From: Candidatus Moraniibacteriota bacterium
GTDB taxonomy: Bacteria > Patescibacteriota > Minisyncoccia > Moranbacterales > UBA9337
DNA: 64,000 bases
Assembly: GCA_026985555.1 (NCBI GenBank)
Contig: JALSQF010000011.1
Location: 4,571-68,570 of the forward strand
Reading direction: 5' to 3'
Made by a program: the position numbers and the translations under genes. Shown here piece by piece: positions 1 to 9,602 of this stretch. Numbering within the stretch: the stretch's first letter is position 1; each line of letters opens with the position of its first letter. The notes below the pieces were generated by a model. It had not been told where the DNA came from, did no database searches, and saw only the letters and a list, made by a program, of their open reading frames with translations.

Positions 1-161
1 CAGTAATATTAACTGTTCCTACTATAATTTCATCTATTTATGGAATGAATATAAAAGTTCCGCTTATGAATAGTCCCTATGCTTTTTGGGAGGTGAGTAG
101 TATAGCTATTATTAGCTCATTTATTATTTGGGCTTTATTTGCTTGGAAAGATTGGATTTAA
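1..161 (+). CDS. corA: C-terminal fragment of CorA-family Mg2+/Co2+ transporter (5' part outside window)
   Basis: Frame-3 translation ...SSIYGMNIKVPLMNSPYAFWEVSSIAIISSFIIWALFAWKDWI* carries the CorA YGMN signature plus terminal TM helix; TAA at 159-161. Confidence 0.55.
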   Translation, partial: VILTVPTIISSIYGMNIKVPLMNSPYAFWEVSSIAIISSFIIWALFAWKDWI

Positions 162-191
162 TTTTAAACTAAATTATTTTTTAAATTGAAT

Positions 192-2930
192 TTACTGAAT
201 TAATTTTTTTTGATAAAGCTTTAATTCTTTAATTTTTTTAGTAACTTCTTGTAATTTTTCTTTTTCTTTTTTAACAATTGTGGCAGGCGCTTTTTTAATA
301 AAATCTTTGTTGGCTAGTTTGGTATTTAAAATGTTTTTAAATTTTATTAGAGATTGTAATTCTTTTTCAATTCTTTTTATTTCTTCTTTAGTATTTAAAG
401 CGTTTTCTATTGCAACATAGAGAATAATTTTTCCAGTAATTGGTTGTTTTATAGTTTTTACATTTTGAGGTTGTTTTTGAATAAATTTTATTTCTTTAAC
501 ATAGGTAAATAGATTTTTTATGATTTTAGTTTCTTGAGAAATAATTTTTTTATCTTGAATATTAGCCTGAATAAAAACATCTATTTTTTTTCCAAGAGGG
601 ATATTATTTTCTTTTCTAATGCGTCTAATATTAACGATAATTTCTTTAATTAAATTGAAGTTTTTTTCAACTTCTTTTTTTGAGTAAATATTTTTTTTAT
701 TGAATGTTAAAGAAGAGTAAAGGAAATTATTTTTATTTAAAAAATCATATTTATTATTTTTAGGCCAATTGGATATCATTAAAAGTTTTTTCTTTTTTTG
801 AATTTCCCAAAGATATTCTGTAATAAAGGGAATAAAGGGGTGCCATAATTTTAATAAATCTTCTTCAATGTTTTTTAAAATAATTTTTTTTACATTTTTG
901 TTTCTTTCAATTTTAGCAATTTCTAAATACCAATCCGCTAATGAATGTTTAGTGAAATTATATAATTTTTCTCCAGCCAAAGAGAAATTATAAATTTTTA
1001 ATAATTTAGTAACTTCTTGAATTAAATTTTTAAATTCATATATTATCCACTGGTCAGATAATGTAAGCTGATAATAGGTAGTGTCTATTTTCTTTATTTT
1101 TTCAGTGTCATTATTGATTAAAAGTAAAGAAAATTTAATTATATTCCATAGTTTATTAGTGAAATTACGAAAACTAGCTATTTTATCTTCAGAAAGACGA
1201 ATATCATTTCCGGGAGTATTTCCAATCAATAAAGATAAACGAACTGCATCAGTGTTATATTTTTTAATCATATCTAAAGGATCAATGCCATTTCCTTTAG
1301 ATTTACTCATTTTTTTTCCATTTTCATCTAAAATCATTCCATGTAAATATACTTTTTCAAAAGGTATTTCTTGTAAAGCAAATAAACTCATCATAATCAT
1401 TCTAGAGACCCATAAAGTTAAAATTTCATATCCTGTTTCTAACATTTGAGTGGGATGAAAATATTTTAAATCGTTTAATTTTTTTCCGTTTTTAAAATTT
1501 TCAGGCCAACCAAGAGTAGAAAATGTCCACATTCCAGATGAAAACCAAGTATCTAAAACATCAGGATCTTGTTTCCAGTTCTGAATATCTTTAGGAGGAT
1601 GAATATTAACATAAATTTTATTTTTATTTTTACGATGATACCAAACAGGAATTCTATGTCCAAACCAAATTTGACGCGAGATACACCAATCATGTAAATT
1701 TTCCATCCAATAAAAATAACGTTTTCTAAAACGGGAAGGAATAAATTGAATTTTATTTTTTTGAACCATTTCTATAGACTTTTCTTTTAATGATTTTCCA
1801 CCCAGTTTTTTTAGAGGTTTATCAACTGATACAAACCATTGTTTTGATGGAAGTGGTTCAATACTTGTTCCACATCTATAACAAAGCGATAAATTATTTT
1901 CAATTTCTTCTTTTTTTTCTAATAATCCTTTTTGTTCTAATTCTTCAATTATTTTTTTTCTAGCTTCTTGACTGGAAAGATGTTTGAATTTTTTATAAAA
2001 AGAATGAATTTCTCCTTTTTCATTAATTACTTTTTTAATTTCTAATTTATGTTTTTCTCCTAATTCCCAATCAATGGTAGAGTGGGCTGGTGTAACGCCA
2101 ACCGCGCCTGTCCCAAAATTTTTATCAATTTTTTTGTCAGCAATAATTTTTATTTCTAGAAAATTTCCACAAAAATTTCCTTTATAAATCTTTCCAATGT
2201 ATTTTTTATAACGTTTATCTTGAGGATGAACTGCTACAGCTATATCACCCAGCTTGGTTTCGGGACGAGTGGTAGCTATAGGGATAGGAAAATTTTTCCA
2301 ATAACGAAAAGTATAAAGAAATGTTTTTTGCGGTTTATATTCAATTTCATCGTCAGCCAGAGTAGAATGACAACGGGGACACCAATTAACCAATCTTTCT
2401 CCTTGATAAATGATTCCTTCTTGATACATATCTACAAACATTTGAGCAACTGCTTTTTGACGTTGCTTATCTAAAGTAAAGGCTTCTCTAGACCAATCTA
2501 AACTAGCCCCCATTTTACGGGTTTGATGTAAAATCGTTTTTTGAGTTTTGTTTAAAAAACTCCAAACTTCTTGAAGAAATTTTTCTCTACCAAGATCATG
2601 ACGAGTTAATCCTTTTTCTTGTAATAATTTTTTTTCCACAACATTTTGAGTAGCAATGGCAGCATGATCAGTGCCTGGCACCCAAAGTGTGCGATAACCT
2701 CGCATACGATGAAAGCGAATGATTAAGTCTTCAATAGCTAGCATAGAAGCGTGTCCCATATGTAATTTGTCAGTAATATTAGGAGGAGGAAGAACCATGG
2801 TGAAGTTAGGTGATTGAGGTGGTAAGTTTAAATTATCAGGATTAAATTTTCCTGATTTTTCCCATTTTTGATAAATTTTATCTTCAATTTTTTCTGCTTG
2901 ATAAGTTTTAGGTAATTTATGTGAAAGCAT
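192..2930 (-). CDS. valS: valyl-tRNA synthetase
   Basis: 912-aa ORF; class I aaRS HIGH-type motif (LHMGHA) and KMSKS (KMSKSKGN); C-terminal coiled-coil tail typical of ValS. Confidence 0.93.
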   Translation of the reverse strand: MLSHKLPKTYQAEKIEDKIYQKWEKSGKFNPDNLNLPPQSPNFTMVLPPPNITDKLHMGHASMLAIEDLIIRFHRMRGYRTLWVPGTDHAAIATQNVVEKKLLQEKGLTRHDLGREKFLQEVWSFLNKTQKTILHQTRKMGASLDWSREAFTLDKQRQKAVAQMFVDMYQEGIIYQGERLVNWCPRCHSTLADDEIEYKPQKTFLYTFRYWKNFPIPIATTRPETKLGDIAVAVHPQDKRYKKYIGKIYKGNFCGNFLEIKIIADKKIDKNFGTGAVGVTPAHSTIDWELGEKHKLEIKKVINEKGEIHSFYKKFKHLSSQEARKKIIEELEQKGLLEKKEEIENNLSLCYRCGTSIEPLPSKQWFVSVDKPLKKLGGKSLKEKSIEMVQKNKIQFIPSRFRKRYFYWMENLHDWCISRQIWFGHRIPVWYHRKNKNKIYVNIHPPKDIQNWKQDPDVLDTWFSSGMWTFSTLGWPENFKNGKKLNDLKYFHPTQMLETGYEILTLWVSRMIMMSLFALQEIPFEKVYLHGMILDENGKKMSKSKGNGIDPLDMIKKYNTDAVRLSLLIGNTPGNDIRLSEDKIASFRNFTNKLWNIIKFSLLLINNDTEKIKKIDTTYYQLTLSDQWIIYEFKNLIQEVTKLLKIYNFSLAGEKLYNFTKHSLADWYLEIAKIERNKNVKKIILKNIEEDLLKLWHPFIPFITEYLWEIQKKKKLLMISNWPKNNKYDFLNKNNFLYSSLTFNKKNIYSKKEVEKNFNLIKEIIVNIRRIRKENNIPLGKKIDVFIQANIQDKKIISQETKIIKNLFTYVKEIKFIQKQPQNVKTIKQPITGKIILYVAIENALNTKEEIKRIEKELQSLIKFKNILNTKLANKDFIKKAPATIVKKEKEKLQEVTKKIKELKLYQKKLIQ

Positions 2931-2993
2931 ATTTTTTAAATAAAAGAATAGTTTTATTGTAACAATATCTATTTTTTTTTCAAGAAAGATTAA

Positions 2994-4064
2994 TTATAAT
3001 TTTAGATTTGCTTCGGTTTTTAATTTTTTCCAATTTTGAAAAAGTGTTTTTCTTTTTGAAGTGGGTAAACTTTTCCAACGATAAAAAGCCGCGCTAGCAA
3101 TCATACTGGCATTATCTCCGGTATATTGCAAGGAAGGAAAAAAAATTCTAATGGAGGGAAATTCTTGAGAAATTTTTTCTTTTAAATTTTTTCTTAAATA
3201 TTTATTAGCGCTAACGCCACCAGCTAATAAAAAACTTTTAACAGAATATTTCCTAAGTGCTTTTAGTGTTTTTTGAACAAGAACATCAACAGCTGCTTCT
3301 TGGAATTTGTAAGCCAAAAGAGGTTGTAATGAAGAAATAGAAACATTTTCTTTTTCTAATTTTTTAACTTGATAAAGAACAGCTGTTTTTAAGCCAGAAA
3401 AAGAAAAATTAAAATTATTGGAATGTAGCATAGGACGAGGAAATTCTATTGAATGTTGAGACAATTCTTTTCTTTTTGAAAATTCTTGAGCTTTTTGAGA
3501 AATAATTGGTCCTCCAGGATATCCTAGATTTAAAATACGAGCTACTTTGTCAAAAGCTTCTCCTACAGCATCATCTTGTGTTTCTCCAATAATTTGATAT
3601 TGAAAATGGTCAGACATTAAAATTAGTTGAGTATGTCCCCCAGAAACAACTAGAGCTAAAAGAGGAAATTTTATTTCACAATTTTTTGTATCTAAAAAAT
3701 TAGCATAAATGTGTCCTTCTATATGATGAATACCTAAAAGAGGTTTTTGCCAATAGTAAGCCAATGTTTTAGCAGTGCTTGTTCCGATAAGCAAGGCAGG
3801 AATAAGTCCTGGACCATGAGTAACACTAATTAAATCAATTTCTGGAAGATTTTTTTTTGCTTTTTTTAGGGCTTTTTTTAAAACAGGAAGAATATTTTTC
3901 AAGTGTTCTCGCGCAGCTAAATTAGGAACAACTCCTCCCCATTGCGCATGAAGTTTTATCTGAGAAGAAATTATATTAGATAATACTTTGATAGTTTTAT
4001 TTTTAGTTTCTACAATAGAAATAGCTGTTTCATCACAAGAAGTTTCTATGCTGAGAATATACAT
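2994..4064 (-). CDS. tsaD: tRNA N6-adenosine threonylcarbamoyltransferase TsaD (Kae1/Gcp family)
   Basis: 356 aa; N-term MYILSIETSCDETAISIV and HxxGH-type metal site (GIHHIEGH) typical of TsaD. Confidence 0.9.
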   Translation of the reverse strand: MYILSIETSCDETAISIVETKNKTIKVLSNIISSQIKLHAQWGGVVPNLAAREHLKNILPVLKKALKKAKKNLPEIDLISVTHGPGLIPALLIGTSTAKTLAYYWQKPLLGIHHIEGHIYANFLDTKNCEIKFPLLALVVSGGHTQLILMSDHFQYQIIGETQDDAVGEAFDKVARILNLGYPGGPIISQKAQEFSKRKELSQHSIEFPRPMLHSNNFNFSFSGLKTAVLYQVKKLEKENVSISSLQPLLAYKFQEAAVDVLVQKTLKALRKYSVKSFLLAGGVSANKYLRKNLKEKISQEFPSIRIFFPSLQYTGDNASMIASAAFYRWKSLPTSKRKTLFQNWKKLKTEANLKL

Positions 4065-4191
4065 GTTTTTAAATGCAATAATTATCTTTTTAATTTAATA
4101 TAAACATATTAAAATTTAAAAATCAACTGCTATTTAGTTGTTTTCTTGTTTAAAATATGTTATAAAACAAAGAGATTTAATTTGAAAAAAT

Positions 4192-5442
4192 ATGAAACAA
4201 TCACAACTTTTTACCAAAACTCAGAAATTTGCTCCTAAAGACGAAGTAAGCAAAAATGCTCAACTTTTAATTCGTGCAGGATATATTTACAAAGAAATGG
4301 CTGGGGTTTATTCTTTTTTGCCTTTAGGCTTGAGAGTAATTGAAAAAATTAGTCAAATTATAAAAGATGAAATGGATTCCATAGGTGGAATACAAATGAA
4401 AAATTCTCTTTTACAAAAGCAAGAAACTTGGGAAAAAACAAATCGTTGGGATGATAATATTGTAGATAATTGGTTTAAAACTAAATTAAAAAATGGAGTA
4501 GAAGTGGGACTAGCTTTTACGCACGAAGAAGCAATAACTAACCTAATGAAAACTTATATTGCTTCTTATAAAGATTTACCCGTTTATCCTTACGATATTA
4601 GAACAATTTTTCGTAACGAAGCTAGATCTAAATCGGGTTTGATGCGAGGAAGAGAATTTTATTGGAAAGCGCTTTATTCTTTTTCTAAGGATGAGTCAGA
4701 ACATCAAAAATTTTACGAAAAAATAAAAGAAGCTTATTTAAATATATATAAAAAAGTAGGTTTGGAAAAAATTACTTATTTAACTTTTGCTAGCGGAGGA
4801 ACATTTTCTAAATATTCTCATGAGTTTCAAACTTTATCTGAAGCAGGAGAGGATATAATTTACATTGATAAAGAAAAACAAATTGCTATCAACCAAGAAG
4901 TTTTAAATCAAGAAATTTTAAAAGATTTAGGTGTGCGGAGGGAAAAATTAAAAAAAGCAAAAGCTATTGAAGTTGGTAATATTTTTACGTTGGGAGATAA
5001 ATTTTCTAAACCGATAGGATTAAACTATAAAAATAAAAATGGTCAGAAAATAAATGTTTTTATGGGTTCTTATGGAATTGGAATTAGTCGTTTAATGGGG
5101 ACAATAGTAGAAGTTTTTGCTGATAGAAAAGGTATTATATGGCCAGAAGCAATTGCGCCATTTAAAGCTCATATTTTATTTTTAGGAAATAATAAAAAAA
5201 CAAAAGAAAAGGCCGAAAGATTATATAAAAAATTACAAAATAATAAAATAGAGGCCTTATTAGATGATCGTGATATTTATCCAGGACAAAAATTTAATGA
5301 TAGTGACTTATTAGGAATTCCTTATAGACTAGTTGTTTCTGAACGTTCTTTAGAAAAGGGTGGAATAGAATTTAAAAAACGAACAGAAGATACGAATATT
5401 ATTAAAACAGAAGAGGAGATTATTCAATTATTAAAAAAATAA
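4192..5442 (+). CDS. proS: prolyl-tRNA synthetase (short form without editing domain)
   Basis: 416 aa; class II aaRS ProS-like N-terminus (FTKTQKFAPKDEVSKNAQLLIRAGYI) and C-terminal anticodon-binding region. Confidence 0.8.
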   Translation: MKQSQLFTKTQKFAPKDEVSKNAQLLIRAGYIYKEMAGVYSFLPLGLRVIEKISQIIKDEMDSIGGIQMKNSLLQKQETWEKTNRWDDNIVDNWFKTKLKNGVEVGLAFTHEEAITNLMKTYIASYKDLPVYPYDIRTIFRNEARSKSGLMRGREFYWKALYSFSKDESEHQKFYEKIKEAYLNIYKKVGLEKITYLTFASGGTFSKYSHEFQTLSEAGEDIIYIDKEKQIAINQEVLNQEILKDLGVRREKLKKAKAIEVGNIFTLGDKFSKPIGLNYKNKNGQKINVFMGSYGIGISRLMGTIVEVFADRKGIIWPEAIAPFKAHILFLGNNKKTKEKAERLYKKLQNNKIEALLDDRDIYPGQKFNDSDLLGIPYRLVVSERSLEKGGIEFKKRTEDTNIIKTEEEIIQLLKK

Positions 5443-5460
5443 TTAATAATTAATAAAAAA

Positions 5461-6567
5461 ATGGAGAATATATTAAAAAAAATCATACAACATCAATCTT
5501 GGTCACATTATTTTAATTGGAATTTATGGGGAAATAGTGGAATAAATTACTTGCAATCTCTTTTATTATTTTTAGTACTTGCTTTTACTTTTAAAATTTT
5601 TCAAGTTATAATCTTGCATCGTTTAGAAAAATTATCACAAAAAACGGATACAGATATTGATGATTTTTTAGTTGGTTTAGTAAAAAGTGTTAAACCTCCC
5701 CTTTATTTTTTGTTAGCTTTATTTTTGTCAATTAAATCTCTTCATTTTTCTAATGAGTGGGAAAGAATAATTACGATTATATTGTTTATTATAATAGCTT
5801 ATCAAACTATCATATTAATTTCTCAGGCAATTGATTATGTTGTTTATAAATTAAGCACAGGAACGAAAGAAGATGAAAAAAATAAAGAAATAATTAAATT
5901 ATTAGGTAGAATTGCTAAAGGAGCTGTTTGGGTAGTGGCTATTTTAATTATTTTAGACAATATGGGTGTTAATGTAACCTCTGCTATTGCTGGCTTAGGA
6001 ATTGGGGGCATCGCTATTGCTATGGCAGTAAAAGATCTGTTAAGTGATATGATTGCCTCTTTATCCATTTTTATGGATAAACCTTTTAGAGTAGGTGAAA
6101 CAGTTAAAATAGGGACAGATAGAGGGAAAGTAGAAAGTGTGGGTATTAAAACTACTCGCATTAGAACTATAGGAGGTGAGCAGTTAATTATTCCTAATAA
6201 AGATTTAGCTGAAGCCAGAATTAGAAATATGAAACGAATGGAAAAAAGACGTGTAAAATTTACATTAGGAGTGGTTTATGGTTTATCCGCTAATATCATA
6301 GAAAAAATTCCTAATATTATACAAGAAATTATAGAAAAAGAGGGAGGAGAAGAAGTAGAATTTAATCGTTCTCATTTTGCTACTTATGGTGATTATAGTT
6401 TAAACTTTGAAACTGTTTATCACATCAAAAGTAATGAATATACTAAATATATGGACATACAACAAAAAATAAATCTAGCTATTTACAAAAAATTTGAAGA
6501 AGAAAAAATAGAATTTGCTTATCCAACGCAAGTTGTTTATTTAAATAAAGATAATAACGCAGATTAA
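5461..6567 (+). CDS. MscS-family small-conductance mechanosensitive channel
   Basis: 368 aa; N-terminal TM helices then MscS core (GAVWVVAILIILDNMGVNVTSAIAGLGIGGIAIAMA...FRVGETVKIG...GKVESVGIKTTRIRT). Confidence 0.8.
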   Translation: MENILKKIIQHQSWSHYFNWNLWGNSGINYLQSLLLFLVLAFTFKIFQVIILHRLEKLSQKTDTDIDDFLVGLVKSVKPPLYFLLALFLSIKSLHFSNEWERIITIILFIIIAYQTIILISQAIDYVVYKLSTGTKEDEKNKEIIKLLGRIAKGAVWVVAILIILDNMGVNVTSAIAGLGIGGIAIAMAVKDLLSDMIASLSIFMDKPFRVGETVKIGTDRGKVESVGIKTTRIRTIGGEQLIIPNKDLAEARIRNMKRMEKRRVKFTLGVVYGLSANIIEKIPNIIQEIIEKEGGEEVEFNRSHFATYGDYSLNFETVYHIKSNEYTKYMDIQQKINLAIYKKFEEEKIEFAYPTQVVYLNKDNNAD

Positions 6568-6865
6568 TTATTAAGATTAAAATTTAATTGAAATCTTGAG
6601 TTTATAAAACATATAAAATCAACCTAAAGATCATGCTAAAAGTCAAAACTAACCAAAATGACACAATACAACCTAACCCTTAAACTACAAACACTATGCC
6701 ATCATCATTATCACCTGAATGTTTAAAACAGGTCCAAAAATACCAAAAACTCAAAGAACTTCTTAATGATTTCTAAGTCCAATGGGAAAAAGCCAAAGAA
6801 ACAGGTAAACTACCTCCCCATCTTTTTAGTTTTAAAAGAAGAAATAGAGAAAAAAAAGAGGAAAC

Positions 6866-7114
6866 TTGGGAGTATATAGAGAGTATGTTAAATGGGAAGT
6901 TGATATTTCTGAGTTTGACAAGGTTGGAGATCCCCAAGACATAGGAGGTCAGATAGTTTTTCGGGCTAAGAAAAACGGAAGATGGTTCGTTATCCTGGAA
7001 CCTAATAAAGAAGTCTTTTCCACTTCAGGAAAAATTTATCAATTTGATGCCCAAAGAAAAAGAGTTATTTACAAAGAAGGTTCAAAATACATCTCAGAAA
7101 GAATAGAAATTTAA
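6866..7114 (+). CDS. small hypothetical protein (TTG start, atypical composition)
   Basis: 82-aa ORF with in-frame stop at 6845 just upstream; AAGAGG SD-like 10 nt upstream; no recognisable motif. Confidence 0.3.
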   Translation: MGVYREYVKWEVDISEFDKVGDPQDIGGQIVFRAKKNGRWFVILEPNKEVFSTSGKIYQFDAQRKRVIYKEGSKYISERIEI

Positions 7115-7383
7115 GCAGAAGCGTTTTTTGAGTTTATTTTTGTTATTTTTAAAATTTATCTTTTAAATATTTAATTTTGAAATTGAATATTTATATAATA
7201 TTTATCTAAAGAAATTTAGTTGTAATAATATTATTATATAGTTAAATAAAAATAGAAAATTTATTTAATTTACTCAAAAATAAAAATAACAGATACTAAT
7301 TTTAATAATAAAAGTTAACAGAAACAAGTCTAATAAGATTAAAGTTTATTTGTTTTTTATTGAAGTTGTAGTAGTAAATAAAA

Positions 7384-8430
7384 TTAATAAATAGGTTTAA
7401 ATAAGTCGTTAGGATTGTAGTTATTTTCTCTAACATTATCATGAATATTATTAATATAATTTCCATATGATTTTCCATTTTCTTTTTGAATATTTTCTTG
7501 AATATGACCAATTCCATCTCTAATTATAGAAGAACTGATACGCGTTACTAATCCAACTACTACTTCTTGCAAATAGGTTGCATTAGATAACATATCAAAA
7601 CTCATTCCTTGAGCTTTAGATTGCAAATCTTTAATATTAATACCAGGAGTTACAACAAAACCGTTTTTATTTTTAGATTTATATCCTTGATAAGCAATAG
7701 CTTTTATTGTAGCCTCTTTTTCTAATTGATTTGTAATATTCATAGCAATTCTTTGAGTATTTAAATAATAGCCAAAAGGATTATTAGCGTCATTATTAAT
7801 AAAAGCAAAATATGGTCTCCAAGATCCGTTAGCAAACATATTGTTAATATCTCCATTAATATATTCTTGAATATCTGGTTTTGTTTGAATTGGATCAAAC
7901 AAATAAGAACGGGCACCATTAATTAATTGTTGAATGTAATTTCCTCCTAATCTTTCACCATGCACTCCCAATATTTCTTCCGTCACATTATTTTCTGCTT
8001 CTTCTGGTAAATAAGGATTAGTTCGTAAAGTTTTGTAATCAACAATACTTCCTCTTCCACGAACAGAATTAGTAAAAAAATCATTCATAATTAAAGTCGT
8101 TTCTCTGGCTGGTTTTAAAAAAAGTTCATCTTTCCAATCAACGATAAAAAGAGCAGAGGAACTAGAATTACCTGAAATTTCTGAACTAACATTTTCTAAA
8201 ATAGCTTTAGCAGCTATTTGTTTAAGGGTAGACAACATAAAGCCATAAATTCGTTCATGAGTAATTCTTAAATTATGAGCCACAATTGCTCCTGTTGTTC
8301 CATCTCCCCAAAAACCAACCATAGCAGAAGTTTTGTTTACAATTGCTGTATTTAAAAAAACCAAAATCAAAATCAAAACAATGAATTTATTTTTAGCTAA
8401 TTTATTTTTATTGAATAGCATCTTCTTCAT
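7384..8430 (-). CDS. secreted hypothetical protein (N-terminal signal peptide)
   Basis: 348 aa; signal-peptide-like N-terminus (KFIVLILILVFLNTAIVNKTSA); N/G/Y-rich mature region; forms a gene pair with 8466-9494. Confidence 0.55.
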   Translation of the reverse strand: MKKMLFNKNKLAKNKFIVLILILVFLNTAIVNKTSAMVGFWGDGTTGAIVAHNLRITHERIYGFMLSTLKQIAAKAILENVSSEISGNSSSSALFIVDWKDELFLKPARETTLIMNDFFTNSVRGRGSIVDYKTLRTNPYLPEEAENNVTEEILGVHGERLGGNYIQQLINGARSYLFDPIQTKPDIQEYINGDINNMFANGSWRPYFAFINNDANNPFGYYLNTQRIAMNITNQLEKEATIKAIAYQGYKSKNKNGFVVTPGINIKDLQSKAQGMSFDMLSNATYLQEVVVGLVTRISSSIIRDGIGHIQENIQKENGKSYGNYINNIHDNVRENNYNPNDLFKPIY

Positions 8431-8465
8431 ATATAAATTGATGAATTATTATAATTATTTTGATT

Positions 8466-9494
8466 TTATTGTTCCAATCCCATTAAAGGATCAATTTCTT
8501 TATCAGATATTCCTATTTTTTCTAATTTTATTTCTATATCGTTAGAAAAATTTATTAATAGACTTATAAATCCTTGAACTTTGGATAAGCTAACAATAGT
8601 AGCTAAAGGATCATTTTTATTGGAGCGAGGTTCGTTTTTTAAATTAATTCCATATTTTAAAATTTTTAATCCTTTAACGTGAATATCTAACATATCTTCT
8701 GGAACTTCTAATTTTTCTACCTCTTTAAGTGTTTTTTCTCCAATTTTTATAAAATTACGAAAGTAAGAATCATCAAAGGAATCAGAAAAAGATGAGATTT
8801 GCATTAGTATTTCTTTGCTAAAATTACTTATATCTTTTTGTGATGTAATTTGTTTAGGAGAATTATTAATTAATATATAAGAAATAGCAGTTAAATATTC
8901 TAAGTTGTCTCTTTTTTTCTTTTCTTTACACTTTTCTTGATCTAATTTTTTGCAATTAGTTTTCTTTATTTTAATTTCCTTTTCATCTATTTCAGGAAGA
9001 TCATCATAATTTATTTTAGGATTAATAGTTTCTTCTATTAAAGAATTCAAATCATCTAGCGTGATAGATTCTTTATCGGGGTCAGGATTTTCTAAAAGAG
9101 CAACTAGTTTATTAGAAATTTCTTCAGTTAAGTTTTCGCCATTGGAATTATTTTCATTTTCTTGTTTAGTGTTTTTATCAGAACCTTTCTCTTTTTTTAA
9201 ACTATCTTTTTTATGAGAAACTAATTTATCGCCAGGAGCTGGTTTAAGTGGATCATAACCGCTTTTTATTTCTGCTCCATCATTATAACCATCACCATCT
9301 GTATCAGCTTTATGAGGATCAGTTCCATAAGCTTTCTCTTCTTCATCTGATAGTCCGTCTTGATCAGTGTCTATGAAAATATTTTTAGCATCAGAGGTCT
9401 TATCTTTAGCTAATGTTATCCAAGTAAAACTAAAAACAATTAAACTTAAAAAAATGACTAGAGTTAAACGTAAGTTTTGTATTTGTATTTTCAT
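8466..9494 (-). CDS. secreted protein with thrombospondin-type-3-like Ca-binding repeats
   Basis: 342 aa; signal peptide (LTLVIFLSLIVFSFTWITLA); DxDxDGxxDxxE repeats (DTDQDGLSDEEE, DTDGDGYNDGAE); acidic low-complexity linker. Confidence 0.6.
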   Translation of the reverse strand: MKIQIQNLRLTLVIFLSLIVFSFTWITLAKDKTSDAKNIFIDTDQDGLSDEEEKAYGTDPHKADTDGDGYNDGAEIKSGYDPLKPAPGDKLVSHKKDSLKKEKGSDKNTKQENENNSNGENLTEEISNKLVALLENPDPDKESITLDDLNSLIEETINPKINYDDLPEIDEKEIKIKKTNCKKLDQEKCKEKKKRDNLEYLTAISYILINNSPKQITSQKDISNFSKEILMQISSFSDSFDDSYFRNFIKIGEKTLKEVEKLEVPEDMLDIHVKGLKILKYGINLKNEPRSNKNDPLATIVSLSKVQGFISLLINFSNDIEIKLEKIGISDKEIDPLMGLEQ

Positions 9495-9602
9495 ATTAAA
9501 TATAATTCAATTAATTTAAGTTGTTTTTGATAATTTTCTATGTATAATTAGTTATAATACATTATAACATAATCTTAATAATTATTTTTATTTTATAACA
9601 AA

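Noticed and set aside
1081-1449. 122-aa plus-strand ORF
   Set aside because: Lies entirely inside valS on the opposite strand. Low-complexity translation typical of antisense frames in AT-rich DNA. The same applies to 2220-2474, 5844-6161, 10043-10240, 12165-12347, 12833-13024, 15286-15507, 16162-16362, 18799-19101, 19841-20032, 24383-24721, 28976-29164, 29045-29248, 29603-29869, 34042-34251, 36133-36342, 46819-47066, 48171-48467, 48822-49079, 49886-50107, 53727-54005, 54600-54806, 55170-55742, 59180-59434 and 60614-60820.
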